Under the pieces are notes generated by a model, which was given only the letters and a program-made list of their open reading frames with translations, did not search any database and had not been told where the DNA came from. A stretch of 61,511 nt of DNA, counting the filler. It is 15 parts of 15 records of this genome, joined end to end, with 100 filler letters (N's around TTAATTAATTAA, not from the genome) between each part and the next. Parts side by side here need not be neighbours in the genome. Positions count along the whole stretch, not along the records: positions 9,321 to 12,353 come from SRR7504441_26930; positions 12,454 to 16,638 come from SRR7504441_27080; positions 16,739 to 20,915 come from SRR7504441_27085; 12 more parts are not named here. One strand, 5' to 3'. The stretch's first letter is position 1, and each line of letters opens with the position of its first letter. This document shows positions 9,451 through 21,015 of the stretch, one piece after another. Made by a program: the position numbers and the translations under genes.

Positions 9451-12003
9451 ATGACCCCGTCGGAGGGCGCGGCGGCCCGTGCGGCGCTCAAGCGCAAGCA
9501 CTCGGAGCTCAACAAGCTCAAGGATGCCTTACACCCGGCCTGGTCCCCCCGGCCGCTCGGGACCAGGAACAAGAATGCTCCCCGCCCCGACAGCCACAAC
9601 CCCAAGCGGTCGCGCCGGGCCTCGTCGGCTAACACCAGCCAGGCGGATCCCGGAGAGAACTGGTACGAGAAGGTGCTCGGCCGGGACCCGCGCGGCGAGC
9701 TCATCCCGGCCAAGGAGGCCGAACTACTTCTCGGATTGCCAGTGCCGCCCAGCTGCACCCAGGTCGAGTTCGTTGACGTGGCCGGTCGGCCGGTGCCGCT
9801 GTTCCAGAGCCAGAGCAAGTCGGGCTACTGCTCGGTCCGGAAGGACGTACGGGACCGACAGGTCCAATGGAGCGTCAACAGCAAAGGGATCCCCCCGGGT
9901 AGCTACACAGATAAGAAAGCCGCCGCGGTCGCCTTCTCGCAGGCCTTGACCAGCACGCTCTACCCGCGTTGCTGCGAACCGGAGAACAACACGCCTCGAC
10001 ACGGGTGCCAGCCCACGAGCTCACCAGGTTGCAGCCTGACGGCGCCCACTCAGCTCCCGAGTGGCGCTCTAAGCGACCAGCCAGACGACAAATCTGGGTG
10101 GGCAAGCCAACTGTACGACACTGAGAGCTCCGGTCGGTCCAGTCGCAACCTGGCCAGGAGCATCTCGGAGGACTCCATGTCAGAGCCCAAGCGAGGCGGA
10201 CTTGCCGACAAGTTCATTGAGATTTGGCGGGGCGACACCGAATTTGTCGGCTGGTACCGTGGCAAAGTGTGTGACTACGACTGTACCACCATGCAGTACA
10301 CGGTGCTTCTCGACAAGGGCGGTACGATCGACGTCGACCTAAAAGAGGAGCGCTGGGCCGAGTCGCATGAGCATCGGCTGCGCAAGGAAGCCCTTACCCA
10401 GCAGGAGGCTCTCTCCAAGTACGGCCTCTGCCCGGATGGCTCGCATCAGCCGCCCCAGCTGCCCGCCCCGAGCAGTTCACAGGAGGAGAAGCTACCCGCT
10501 GCAGGGTGTCCAATCGAGGTCTGGTTTGGTCCGCCGTACAAGGGCTGGTTCCGTGGGACTGTGCTCGAGATGGATGCGCAGACAAAGCGGCACCAAGTCC
10601 AGTTTGACGATGGCGAGATCAAGTCTCTCGAGCTAATCTACGAGAACTGGGCACTTTCACAAGAGAACCAGCTGCGGCTCAAGGGGCTGACTGAGAAGGA
10701 GGCTGAGCGCAAGTACGGACTGGTGCGAAAGCCAGTGCATCGAGAAGTCAAGCCGTCGATGAGCCTGGCTGAGATTTGCGAGAGCACTGCCAAGACTGGC
10801 TCGGTGGAGATGGCAGCCGAGATGCCTGCCTCACTTGGAGCTGCGGCACACCTGTTGGGGCCAACAGTGGGCGACCAGGTGCAGCTGATTGGCCGCCGGT
10901 CAGAGATGCGGGCGGTAGTGAGTTTTGTGGAGCGTGTAATGGGTGCGTCGGAAGGTCATGACCAGAGCAAGGCGCTGTTCGTGTGCGGAATGCCGGGGTC
11001 TGGCAAGACAGCACTTGTTAACCACGTGTGCCGGGGCGCTGCCCAGTGGTGCAAGGCGCGGCAAGGGCTCCATTTGCTCCAGCTGAACGCCATGCACATC
11101 CTGGAGCCGCGCACATTGTACACCGAGGTGCTGCGAGGGTTGCAGAACGTGCGTGCCGAGAGTGGGTCGGATGCGTCAGACGACCTGCGGGCGCTGCAGG
11201 CGCAGGTCTGTGCACCTGGGCGGGCTAAGCTCCTGCTAGTAATTGACGAAGTGGACCAGCTGCATACTCGCGAGGAGGAGGTGCTCAACACCCTGTTTGA
11301 GATGGCCGCCCTGCCCGGCTCGAGGCTTGCCCTGATTGGGATTGCCAACAGCCTCAACATGGACCAGCAAGCGCTCAGCTCCGGGCTACCGCCTGAGCAG
11401 CTCACCTTTGAGCCTTACACCACCAAGTCAATCGCTGAAATCATCCGGTCCCGGCTACCTATGCCACACCGGGACTCGTTCGTGCCAGCTGCAATTGACA
11501 TGTGTGCGTCTAAAGTGGCAATCAGCGGGCACGGCGACATTCGGCGGGCGTTTGACATCTGCAGGGCAGCTATCAAGCAAGCCGAGGACCAGGCCGACTG
11601 CCGCGTGGGGGTGCCGCACCTGGCGGTCACCATCCGGCGGCTGCTTGGAGGCAAGCAAGTGGCTGCGTGTGCATCACTGCCACAGGCACACCAGGTTGTG
11701 TGCTGTGGGCTTGTCAAGGCGTTTGGCGCGGTGCCAGACGGCTCGGATATGGGGCTAGAACAGTTGCATCGGGCTTACAAAGCCTTCTGCAAGCTGCATG
11801 CAGTGCCGCTGTATTCGCTTGGCGAGTTCCTGGACGTGCTGCAAATGCTCGACTCTCACGGACTGCTCCGAGTGGCCGACAGCAAGCAGCTGGCTCAGGT
11901 GCGAGTCCGACCGGTGATCTCCGAGGCCGAGGTTCGGCAAGCGCTCGAGACTGGCGAGGGCAATTTTCATAAATATCTGCTTAATGCGCCAGTGCGCACG
12001 TGA
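9451..12003 (+). CDS. CDC6: Cdc6-family replication-initiation AAA+ ATPase with long N-terminal extension (AP2-like + two Tudor-like modules)
   Basis: Walker A GMPGSGKT, Walker B LVIDEVDQL, TLFE..LIGIANSL (sensor 1), FEPYT..IIRSRL, CASKVA..GDIRRAFDICR (sensor 2), winged-helix SLPQAHQVV. DQL/TLFE/LIGIAN fit Cdc6 better than Orc1. No introns. First ATG 9451 (ORF open from 9385). Confidence 0.85.
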   Translation: MTPSEGAAARAALKRKHSELNKLKDALHPAWSPRPLGTRNKNAPRPDSHNPKRSRRASSANTSQADPGENWYEKVLGRDPRGELIPAKEAELLLGLPVPPSCTQVEFVDVAGRPVPLFQSQSKSGYCSVRKDVRDRQVQWSVNSKGIPPGSYTDKKAAAVAFSQALTSTLYPRCCEPENNTPRHGCQPTSSPGCSLTAPTQLPSGALSDQPDDKSGWASQLYDTESSGRSSRNLARSISEDSMSEPKRGGLADKFIEIWRGDTEFVGWYRGKVCDYDCTTMQYTVLLDKGGTIDVDLKEERWAESHEHRLRKEALTQQEALSKYGLCPDGSHQPPQLPAPSSSQEEKLPAAGCPIEVWFGPPYKGWFRGTVLEMDAQTKRHQVQFDDGEIKSLELIYENWALSQENQLRLKGLTEKEAERKYGLVRKPVHREVKPSMSLAEICESTAKTGSVEMAAEMPASLGAAAHLLGPTVGDQVQLIGRRSEMRAVVSFVERVMGASEGHDQSKALFVCGMPGSGKTALVNHVCRGAAQWCKARQGLHLLQLNAMHILEPRTLYTEVLRGLQNVRAESGSDASDDLRALQAQVCAPGRAKLLLVIDEVDQLHTREEEVLNTLFEMAALPGSRLALIGIANSLNMDQQALSSGLPPEQLTFEPYTTKSIAEIIRSRLPMPHRDSFVPAAIDMCASKVAISGHGDIRRAFDICRAAIKQAEDQADCRVGVPHLAVTIRRLLGGKQVAACASLPQAHQVVCCGLVKAFGAVPDGSDMGLEQLHRAYKAFCKLHAVPLYSLGEFLDVLQMLDSHGLLRVADSKQLAQVRVRPVISEAEVRQALETGEGNFHKYLLNAPVRT

Positions 12004-12453
12004 AGACAACAAAGACAGTTGGCCATGTGCATCATGTACAATCCTCCACAGTAAAGCAAATGAAGTAGGCTCAAAGCAAGACGTGGATTGCAGCCAATGG
12101 CGTTGATGCGCGTACGTATGACCATTTCAAGTAATCCAGTCAGACTCTCTACCCGGGTTCGGTAGCCACCAATTTGCAAATCGGTGGGGTAAACTTGAAA
12201 GCTGTAAAAACCTACATGTAGTAGTAACAATATAGTGCTCACAGAGCTATATATACATCATTATCCTTGAGCGAAACCGGCTGCTGCACGCACCGGCAAC
12301 GTAAAATAAAAAGCTGCGGCAATGGGTATGGCCGACCCTACAGCCCTACATAGNNNNNNNNNNNNNNNNNNNNNNNNNNNNNNNNNNNNNNNNNNNNTTA
12401 ATTAATTAANNNNNNNNNNNNNNNNNNNNNNNNNNNNNNNNNNNNNNNNNNNN

Positions 12454-13305
12454 TTCCTCTCTTCAATAGATAGAACCAGCCTTGCCACTCAGCAGCCGCC
12501 AATGCCCAGCTGCAATCTGGCGGTCACTAGAGTAACAAGGCCAAACCTGTGGTGTGCATCAAGCCTCGACGTCTCTGGCTGATTTGCTGCTGCAGCGTGG
12601 AACCAGATCAGCAGCTTCCAGGCGAGCTGGACTCCGACATCAAGTGGAAGGATCCTGTGCAAATACCCCACGAGCACAGACTCGATCAGCACATGGCAAT
12701 GCAGGAGCGAAGCCGATGGTCCCAGTTCCTGCTCCCAGGTCGCCCCCTTTCTCTCGCCGCAGTCCATCACATGGATCTCAGGTGAGAACATTGTACTGTC
12801 CGCTGTACTCCGGAAAAGAGCACACATTTTTTCGAATCCAGAAAGAAGATTTCTGCTCACAGAGATTTGTCGCAATGGACAAGCGCTTTCTCGATTGCTG
12901 TACATTGATGAGAAGAGGATGGTGCAGGTGGCATCTGACTTTATGAACGCTGATCCTGACCAAATCGTGTGTGAACAGCGCGGTGAAGTGCCCTGGTCCG
13001 AGCGCACACATGCTGAGCTTAAAGACGCTTCACAATTCGAGATTATCACACCACAATCGGTATTCAAACTAGAGGATCCCACTGCCCAAGCAAAGGTCCG
13101 CATCCACCTGCCCCTCTTTAATGTGTTTTACCACTGTTGGCCGCGGGCAAGTCCAAACCTGGCTGAGTTGAATGCCTTTCTATAGGTATGGGTTGAAGAA
13201 ATCAACAGATTAGTCAAACTAGTGCCTCATGATCACCGAGCAGCAAACTATAGCATCGAGGAAATCCGACAAGAATCGATGGTATGTAATGTATTTTGTC
13301 GCTAA
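12454..13305 (+). CDS. 3' fragment with PDK1-type PH domain
   Basis: After removing three GT-AG introns: RWSQFLLPGENIVLSAVLRKR..FLLTE..RLLYIDEKRMVQRGEVPWS..FEIITPQSVFKLEDPTAQAKVWVEEINRL, matching the C-terminal PH domain of PDK1-family kinases. No kinase domain on this contig. Confidence 0.7.
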
Positions 13306-13565
13306 AGAACTTTAAAATTACAAACAAAGACTTATGTAATATATTGTAGTTGATGTATACTAGTACAACCATTCGTGTGCTGTCGTATCATGTCTACACA
13401 TCTAAAAGATGTTGCTTTGTCGTAGTCAACCTTGATGCTAGCTAGATGCTAGCAACAAAAGCTCAACAAAGCTGCATTGCAGCAAAAGCAATCACGCCAA
13501 ACTATCTTGATTGAAAGTGCATCCTTGGATCCGTAACAACACCCATTCAACATGAAGTGGTGTGC

Positions 13566-16500
13566 TTAAAGCTGGCTTCCAGGATCGGTTGCAATGGGAT
13601 TTGCCTCGGTGGCAGGGGCCACTGGCTGCACTCCTGGCAAGTTATCCCGTCCAGTAGTCAGGTCTTGGAGATTGACTGATGGTTCCTGTGCCATGGATTC
13701 TTCAGCGTGGTCATCATCAAGGTTTGCATTGCGAGTCATTCTGCGAACACCGCCAATGGCCATCCTAGCAGCAGCTTGGAGGGTAGCGCGAGCCTTCCTC
13801 CAGTGCGCCTTGGGACCGAGCTCAATTTTGCCGAGCACGAGATCCTGGTTGTTGACCATGTCTCGCGGGGATACGATATCACTCATTTCGTTTGCACGAG
13901 TGGTGACCACACTCATTCTCATCATGCGGCCATGGTTCTCTTTGAAGTCATCGATCCTTGATTCAGTCAGCTGAAGCCTCTCTTCGAGGTCCTCAGCGTC
14001 CAATCGTTCTTGACGGATCCTGTCAAGGAGAGTTGGATGGAAGATAATCAAGTAAGACTTATGGGCCCACTTGGGCAGCAATACCGTGATGATCGTCACT
14101 GCAGCGTTCAGCCAGAAGGAGGACATGGTGGAATCGCGAACGTAGCTGTAGTAGTACTCGTTGTTTGTAAACTCCATTGGTCTGGGAGCAACCGATGCGT
14201 ATATGTAGCTGAAGAGGAACCAAATGACAATAACCCCCGCAGTAGAGGCCCAGTGATAGATTGTGAAATGGAGCAGATCCATCATCAACCGGATATTCGC
14301 AGCAATGACAATGCTAGTCATAGCACAATTGCCAGCATCAATCATACTAATGTTGCGGCCATCCATGCTGACGACTTGAGATTGGTAGTAGTATCCATAC
14401 ACGAAACAGATCATAGAACCGTAAAAGCCCTCGGCCTGCCAGATCAAATTGACTGTCCAGTTGAGCTCCTGGTACTTGGTACCCTTTTCGTAAAGGTGGC
14501 AGCCCGGGACCTTGAGGGAGTCTTCTTGCGAAATGTCTTGTTCGAAAAACCCGACAGCAAGGACACCCAGTGAAGTAAAGATAATATTGTAGACTGTGAG
14601 GTACATGTCGTCATAGATGGGGGTAGCAGAGAATCCAGTCACAAAAGCTGCGTAGGCGATGGTGTAAGAGAAGATGATATTCTTGTAGAAAAAGTAATTG
14701 ATGCAAAGAGCCAGTCGGTAGTACAGCCAGCGGCCATGGACCAAGAGCAGATTGAGCAGGTACTGGAACTGGTTGATAGCAAAGTCGGCGTTGTTCACGG
14801 CCTGTGTGCCCTCAACACCGGCAATGCCAACACCAACATGAGCCTCTTTGATCATCGAAACATCGTTTGCACCGTCCCCAATTGCCAGGGTGATCTGGCC
14901 AAGCTCCACCTTGAGGAGGTGAGTTAGCTCCTTCTTCTGGACTGGCTGCAGCCGGCACGCCACGACGGCCTTGAAATGCTTGGCCATGTGGATGAACTGG
15001 AGCTGCCAACCACGCATGGTGGCTGCAGTGACTTGGCCGTTCTCGTCCAAAGTCACCTCAGTCTCTTGATCTTCATCTTCGGTGCCGGAGGAGCAGATGC
15101 CTCCCTCTCCTTCCGCCTTCTCGAGTGTGGTCATCTCTTCTTGAGTAAGCTTGCCAAATCCCATCTGCTTGAGAGCAGCTGCAGGGATTGCGAGTGCCAT
15201 CCTCTGCTCTTGCATCATTTCTATGGGCTCGTATTCCAGATAAGTCTCCTGTGTTGCATGATCCATTACCATCCAGGCTTCACGGGAGACGTCTGTCTCC
15301 CAGGAGTACTGGGTGTCCTCGTCATTGTCGGCGCTCTCCGCCTTACGGTACCAGACCTTGCCCTTGACTTTCTTGAGCAGCTCCGGGCAGATCTTTTCGC
15401 CTTTGAAGTAATAATCCATGATGGCTCTGATCCGAGCCATTTGCCGCATGCCGACAATCGTGGCCTCATTGATTTGTTCCTTCTCGTCTTGGCCCGCCAT
15501 AGTCCTTCTGCGGATCTCATCCCTCGCCCACGACGGCTCCAGCTCCTCTCGGAAAGGCCAGTTGGGACTCGGCCATACGCCCTCGTCTGGAACGTACGCT
15601 CCGATCATCACCAAGTCCATCTCTGGGGGCGGCTTGAGCAGCCGGCAGGCGTATGCAATCATCACAGCGGTCTCGACCTTGTCACCAGTGCACACCCAGG
15701 TTTGTACCCCAGACTCAGCCAGTGTTGAGAGCGTGGCGCCAACGTTCTCTTGCAGACGGTCCTCGATGCCACAGGCGCCCAGCACACGCATGCCGAGCTC
15801 GCCCTGCTCCATCTTGACCCGATGCTCGAGGATCTGATCCTTGATCTCGGTTAGGTCCTCATCCATGGCAGCATTCTTCACCTTCTCGTTCATCTCGTCC
15901 CACTTTGGCTTCCAGTTCTTGTATTCGTCTTCCGACACATCGCGGTACGCATACATCATGGTCCGGAGCCCTGATTCGGCCATCGAGTGCACGTGCCCAT
16001 TGACAGTCTTAAGGAACTGCATGTCCACAGACTTGTTGATCATCTCCATGATGATCGCGTCTGCGCCCTTCAGATACACTCGGATCTTGCCGTTGGGCAT
16101 TCTTGTGACAATACCTGCCCTCTTGAGCGACGAGCTGAACTTCAAGCTGTCAAGCACTTCGTATTTCACCTCCTCAAACACCCCGGGCGCGGTTGCACGG
16201 TTCACAGTGAAAACCTTGCCAGTTTGGGTGCTCTCGAGCAGTGTGAACTTCATCCCGAGTTCGCGGGCGGCGTATACCAGCGCGCCGTCGTCGGGGCTCT
16301 GGGCGTTGTATGTCACACCGTCCTTTGCCGAGCTGTCAGCAAGAGGGACGACCTCGTGAGTGATTGCCATCGACATGAGCATGTGTTCCAGATGCACGCG
16401 ATCAGCCTCGGGCAGAGGGTCGGCCCGCTTGGAGTTCTCGCTCGCCAGCCACGCAAAGTCGCTCACGCGGTCATCAACGAACAGGAAGTCCTCGCTTGGA

Positions 16501-16638
16501 GTTTCGGGCGCAACTGGCAGCGGCAAGCCCTTGAGCTTAGCGACCTCGATGTCCACCTCAGTGCAGCCCTGTCCGAAAAGCTCGCCGCCGGCCGAAATCT
16601 TGAGCAGTGCCATCTTGTTCTGGGTGAGCGTGCCGGTC
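13566..16638 (-). CDS. P4-type ATPase (phospholipid flippase), 5' truncated
   Basis: Contig begins inside (DK)TGTLTQNKM. Also YNAQSPDDGALV, FSSSLKR, KGAD, GLRT, IEDRLQ, TGDKVETA, IGDGANDVSMI, HGRWLYYR, FFYKN and C-terminal TM helices. No introns evident over about 3 kb. Confidence 0.95.
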
Positions 16639-16738
16639 NNNNNNNNNNNNNNNNNNNNNNNNNNNNNNNNNNNNNNNNNNNNTTAATTAATTAANNNNNN
16701 NNNNNNNNNNNNNNNNNNNNNNNNNNNNNNNNNNNNNN

Positions 16739-16927
16739 GCGGACGAGAGCGGCACAACTGCCTTAATGCTGTCATGTGTCCTTGGCTTTGAAGAGGCAAC
16801 TACGGCACTGGTCAGGCTGGGTGCATCACTAGACAAGAAGAATAACGAGGGTCTCACCGCAGAAAAAGTAGCCATCGAGCAAGGTCACGTGAAATGCCTT
16901 GAAGCCTTAAAGTCGGCAACGAAATAA
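16739..16927 (+). CDS. Ankyrin-repeat protein, 3' fragment
   Basis: ADESGTTALMLSCVLGFEEATTALVRLGASLDKKNNEGLTAEKVAIEQGHVKCLEAL..* (absent from the ORF track). Confidence 0.75.
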   Translation, partial: ADESGTTALMLSCVLGFEEATTALVRLGASLDKKNNEGLTAEKVAIEQGHVKCLEALKSATK

Positions 16928-17213
16928 CACGAGTGCGTCTAGACTCACCATGTCAGACATAAACACCTCAACTTAAGAGTCTCCGAACTCAATTCTCCAG
17001 GTTCAGTCTAGCAAACGTTGAACTAATAAACCACAGTCCACAAACAGATTACTATCTACAGAATGGTGGCTTCAAACTAGCTTCAAATGTTACGGGTTTT
17101 TAATACTTTCATTACGCGCCTACCACGACGGGCTTTTTTTGTTACAGTAATTGATCTAGATTAATCGTAAGCACGACTTTCGCACGGCATTCAAATCTAC
17201 AGCACCACTTGCT

Positions 17214-20200
17214 TCAAATCAGAACAACAATTTGCTCTACAGCTGGATCTTGATCGTTGTGCGTGCTCGTCACTGGCTCGCTTCGCGGCTGATGTATGAG
17301 ACACTGACATTTTCTGTCGCGCAATTGCTCATCACCCTGCACCCCCGGCTCATTGATTGCTCACCCAATGCCATTCACCCAAAGAGCAACCAGCTTAGCC
17401 AGTTGGTCGTCATATTCCTGCGGAAAGCACCCATCAGTGTGTTTGCTAGGATAGTTCGGTACCCTTTTTCTCGTCCAGAAGCCATCGCCGTATTCAATGA
17501 GCAATTCTTTCTCAGGCTCAATGCAGGTGTTTGCTACCACTGCAATGTACGGGAATCCACAATACTTGACCTGCCAGTGGTTCCTCACCACCACAGAGAA
17601 TAAGCGCCCAACCTCAGCCCATTCGACATTGGCTCTCCTGGCGGCCACCCCTGTTCTTTTATGCACTTGGGTGGTCTCCGAGCTCGCGTTACGAGGATCA
17701 TTCAATGCCTGACCCAAACTCAGCACTAAGGCCGCTGATTCTAGCACCATCAGTTCGTTGCCGAAGCCCAGTGCATCGATCAGCAGATTAACATTTCTCC
17801 CGTCTATCATCACCGTCCTCTTTAACTCATGGCTGAAATTTTCGTGATCCAGGGCCTCTTTTATACTCCGTCCTCTCTTCATCCCCTCCTTAGTCACGAG
17901 TTTCCCGCTGTAAAATCCAATCAAGTCTCCACGAGAAAACTGGACAGAGGCAAAGAGCCCCGCCTGCCCGTCTTTAGCCCAGTCTCGCTGGTCGCTCTTG
18001 TCAAGTTCCTTGACGACAACACCTCTTGGGCGGTTGTCTACCTCACCACTCAAGATTTCTTCTGCACTGGCCAAGAATCTCTCGCGTGTCTGCAGAGGTA
18101 GCTCTGCGAACGAGATAGTCTCGCAGTGCACAACAATTTTCTTGTAAGAACCTCCAGTCTGAACTTGGTTAGTACGCCAGTTCTCTTGCAATGCTCTGGC
18201 ACAGAGTCAGACAGCGGTCATTAATAGGCCGCACTGTTTTGCTACAGCAACTTCGCCATCTGCCACTAGCACTTGTCGTTTCATAAAGCACAGCATCCGC
18301 GACCTGCCCCCCAGGATCAACCCGCTACCCAGAGTACGGATCCACCAATCTAATCGCCATAGCTGAAAGCCGGCTGTGCTGGTCAAAGTGTCAGCGTCTA
18401 CTGGCTGCACATCCTGGGAAAGGGCGGACAGCTGTTGCATGATCTCCTCCGCATCCCTGGCGGCTCCCAAGTCGGGCCACATGTCGAGCCCTATTTCCAA
18501 CAGTGACGCGCCAGGCGTTGGTGTGCTCTCGAGCAACTGCAGCAGCTTCTGTTTCACGTACTGCATCCTTTTACCAAATGTGTGCTCCCACCAGCTTCTG
18601 ATGTCCTTGAGCTCCCACTCTTTCGCGGGTTTGTGGACCCATGCGCGATCCTGATCTGGCTGCAGCTCATCTACCTTGCGCTTGCGGCTAAGTGCAGGCT
18701 TACTGCGTTTCCCACCGCAGGGCCTTGCTGTGGCATTGCGCTGCCTGGCATGCTGATGGAAATCCACCCTCGCTGGACCATCACTGCCACAGTTTGTGCT
18801 CAACGAGGCTGAATCAAGTGCAGCCACCGAGGGCTCGCTCTGATCTGCATCATCGAGCTCAAACAGTGGCGGTGCTGGCCGCGCAGGCGACCCATCAAAC
18901 TGTAGTACAACGGGCCTAGTCACTAGCAATCTCCTGAACGCTGCTGGCTCAAACTCACTGCATGGGTTGCCATTCACTTCCGTTAGCAGCATCCCTTCAC
19001 GCACACCGGCATCTGTCACCGTTGGGTTCCGCACCCGCTCGACCCTTATCTGAGCACAACACCCAGTGCTCTCTCCTCCGATGTCCAAGCCTAGTCGGCC
19101 GTTGCCAAATTCCAGCAGCACTGGGCCTGTCTTGCCAAAGTTTAGCTGTCTCGCCACCGCCAGCTCGCCACCGCCGTCAGTCTGCTTCCTTCTGTCTGCC
19201 AGAAAGTGTTGGCACTGTGCGAGCTCTTCACGCTTGTAACCTTCCCGGTCCCCGGGCTGGATCTGGGCGCCCGTCCGGATCGCGAGATCTTCTGCGCTCA
19301 TCTCTCGCATCCCTGTGGAAGCAAAGCTCTTTAGTGTGTGGTCAGCACCCTGGGAGATGAGCGCCTCCACCACCGCCACGTCCCCCTCGGATGCTGCAAA
19401 GTGCAAAGCAGCCCAGCCCTGCCACACCCGTAGTGAGCGCAAGTGGTAGGGGCGGGTACATTGCTGTCCTGCAAGTCCAATCTTGTACGCTGGTCCTGTA
19501 TGAGCACCAAAGCGGGCGAATTCACATTGCAGTCCCAGCCCCACTGCGCCCACACTCAGTCAGCGCAGCTCAGCCGAGTACCTGGATTGCAATCATTAGC
19601 GCAGTCTCATTCCCGGGGCTGAATTCCGACTTGCGGCTCTTTACGTTAGGATCAGCTCCGCGTGCCAATAGTTGTTTGACTGCTTCAGGCCCGTGCCCCT
19701 GGTTGCACGCCATTGATATCGGGGGTAGCCCTGTGTAGCTGTCCAGCACATCCAAGTCGGCACCTCGGGCAGCCAACAGCTCGACACACGCCGCCTGCTG
19801 GTGTGGCTCCGGCGAATCTAGCTCATCGCAATCGCCAGCAAAAACAGCGCACAGAAGCGCGCCCAGCTCCGAGGCGCTCACGTGTCTGAGCTGGTCCAGC
19901 AGCCCGCGCAGCCGCCGGTGGTCCGCCTGGGCCGCCGCTTGCTCGGCATGCTCAATTGGACTCCATTGAGTCTGGTCCTTGTCGTTGACCTGCCTGCTCG
20001 GCAGTCGTCTTCTCGTCTTGAACTCAATCTTGGAAAGGCCCGAGTCCCGGATCTCGGGCTGAGCCTGGTCTCGCACCAGCTTGAACCGCCAGACCAGGTA
20101 GCCTTGCACGCCCTTCTCTGACCATGCATCGGTCACAAAGAATAGCCCGTGGTACATTAGCTTCTTGTCCTTTACGTATGTGGCGTCCTCGTCAATCCTC

Positions 20201-20915
20201 CGGAATAAGCGCACCGGCGTCCTACGCTTCCAGCTCGTGTGGAGCGCGAGGTTTGGTCCAGTCAGGGCCTGGTCCTTGGTCTGGAGCGAGTTGCCCAGGA
20301 GCGAGTTGCCCCCGGCCCCTGTGTACAACACCTCATTCAGGTTGTCTTCGTCGTCCTGGTATCCGCCCTAACACAAGCGTAAAATAAAAAATACGTGAGT
20401 GAGACGACGACATGCAGGCGGCTGAGTTGGTGCTGGGCAAGGAACTGGGGAGGGGTGGGCACGGACAAGTGTACGAGGCAAGCTACCGAAACCACCACCG
20501 CGGTAGCCACTGGAGGCTTACTCGACGACTGCGAGATTCCACCCATACAGAGCTGACACGCCGCAGGTCATTTCCACAGCCCGCACTGGCCGGCCACCTT
20601 ATGCCCTCCCACTGCCACTATCTCCGCTCGGCACTCGAACTTTTGTCCCGGGTACAGCCCAGGGACGGCTCCCACCCGGTCAATATACTCTTGGTTGATC
20701 GCCTGCCCCAGCCTGCGCCCGGGCCACACCGGCCCCCGGCACCTGCTCACGCTCCTTGAACAGCGCAAGTGCCTTGTCGGTCGGGCGACCAGTGAACCGG
20801 CCATCCGGCTCCATCGCTCTGGCCCGCTGCACCCGCCGGTCCTCCAGCCGCTTGGCCTCCTGGTAGACCGCCCGGAACTGGCGGAGCGCCTCCTCCACAC
20901 TCCCAGCAGGCCCGG
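17214..20915 (-). CDS. SRA(YDG)-ankyrin-PDZ-SAM-like-SET multidomain chromatin protein, 5' truncated, about 10 introns
   Basis: SRA: VGAVPGLYPGQKF..GGIS..VVVS|GGYQDDED..LYTGAGG..PVRLFR..YHGLF..VWRFKLVR. Ankyrin: GLPPISMAC, ETALMIAIQ, GWAALHFAA. PDZ: GRLGLDI..AGVREGMLLTEVNG..RPVVLQF. SET: GLFA..GDLIGFYSG..IDA..GNELM|ALNDP..ANV..ELLIEYG. Introns 20553-20597, 20368-20486, two near 19.4-19.6 kb and 18196-18234 join the ORFs in frame. Confidence 0.82.
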
Positions 20916-21015
20916 NNNNNNNNNNNNNNNNNNNNNNNNNNNNNNNNNNNNNNNNNNNNTTAATTAATTAANNNNNNNNNNNNNNNNNNNNNNNNNNNNN
21001 NNNNNNNNNNNNNNN

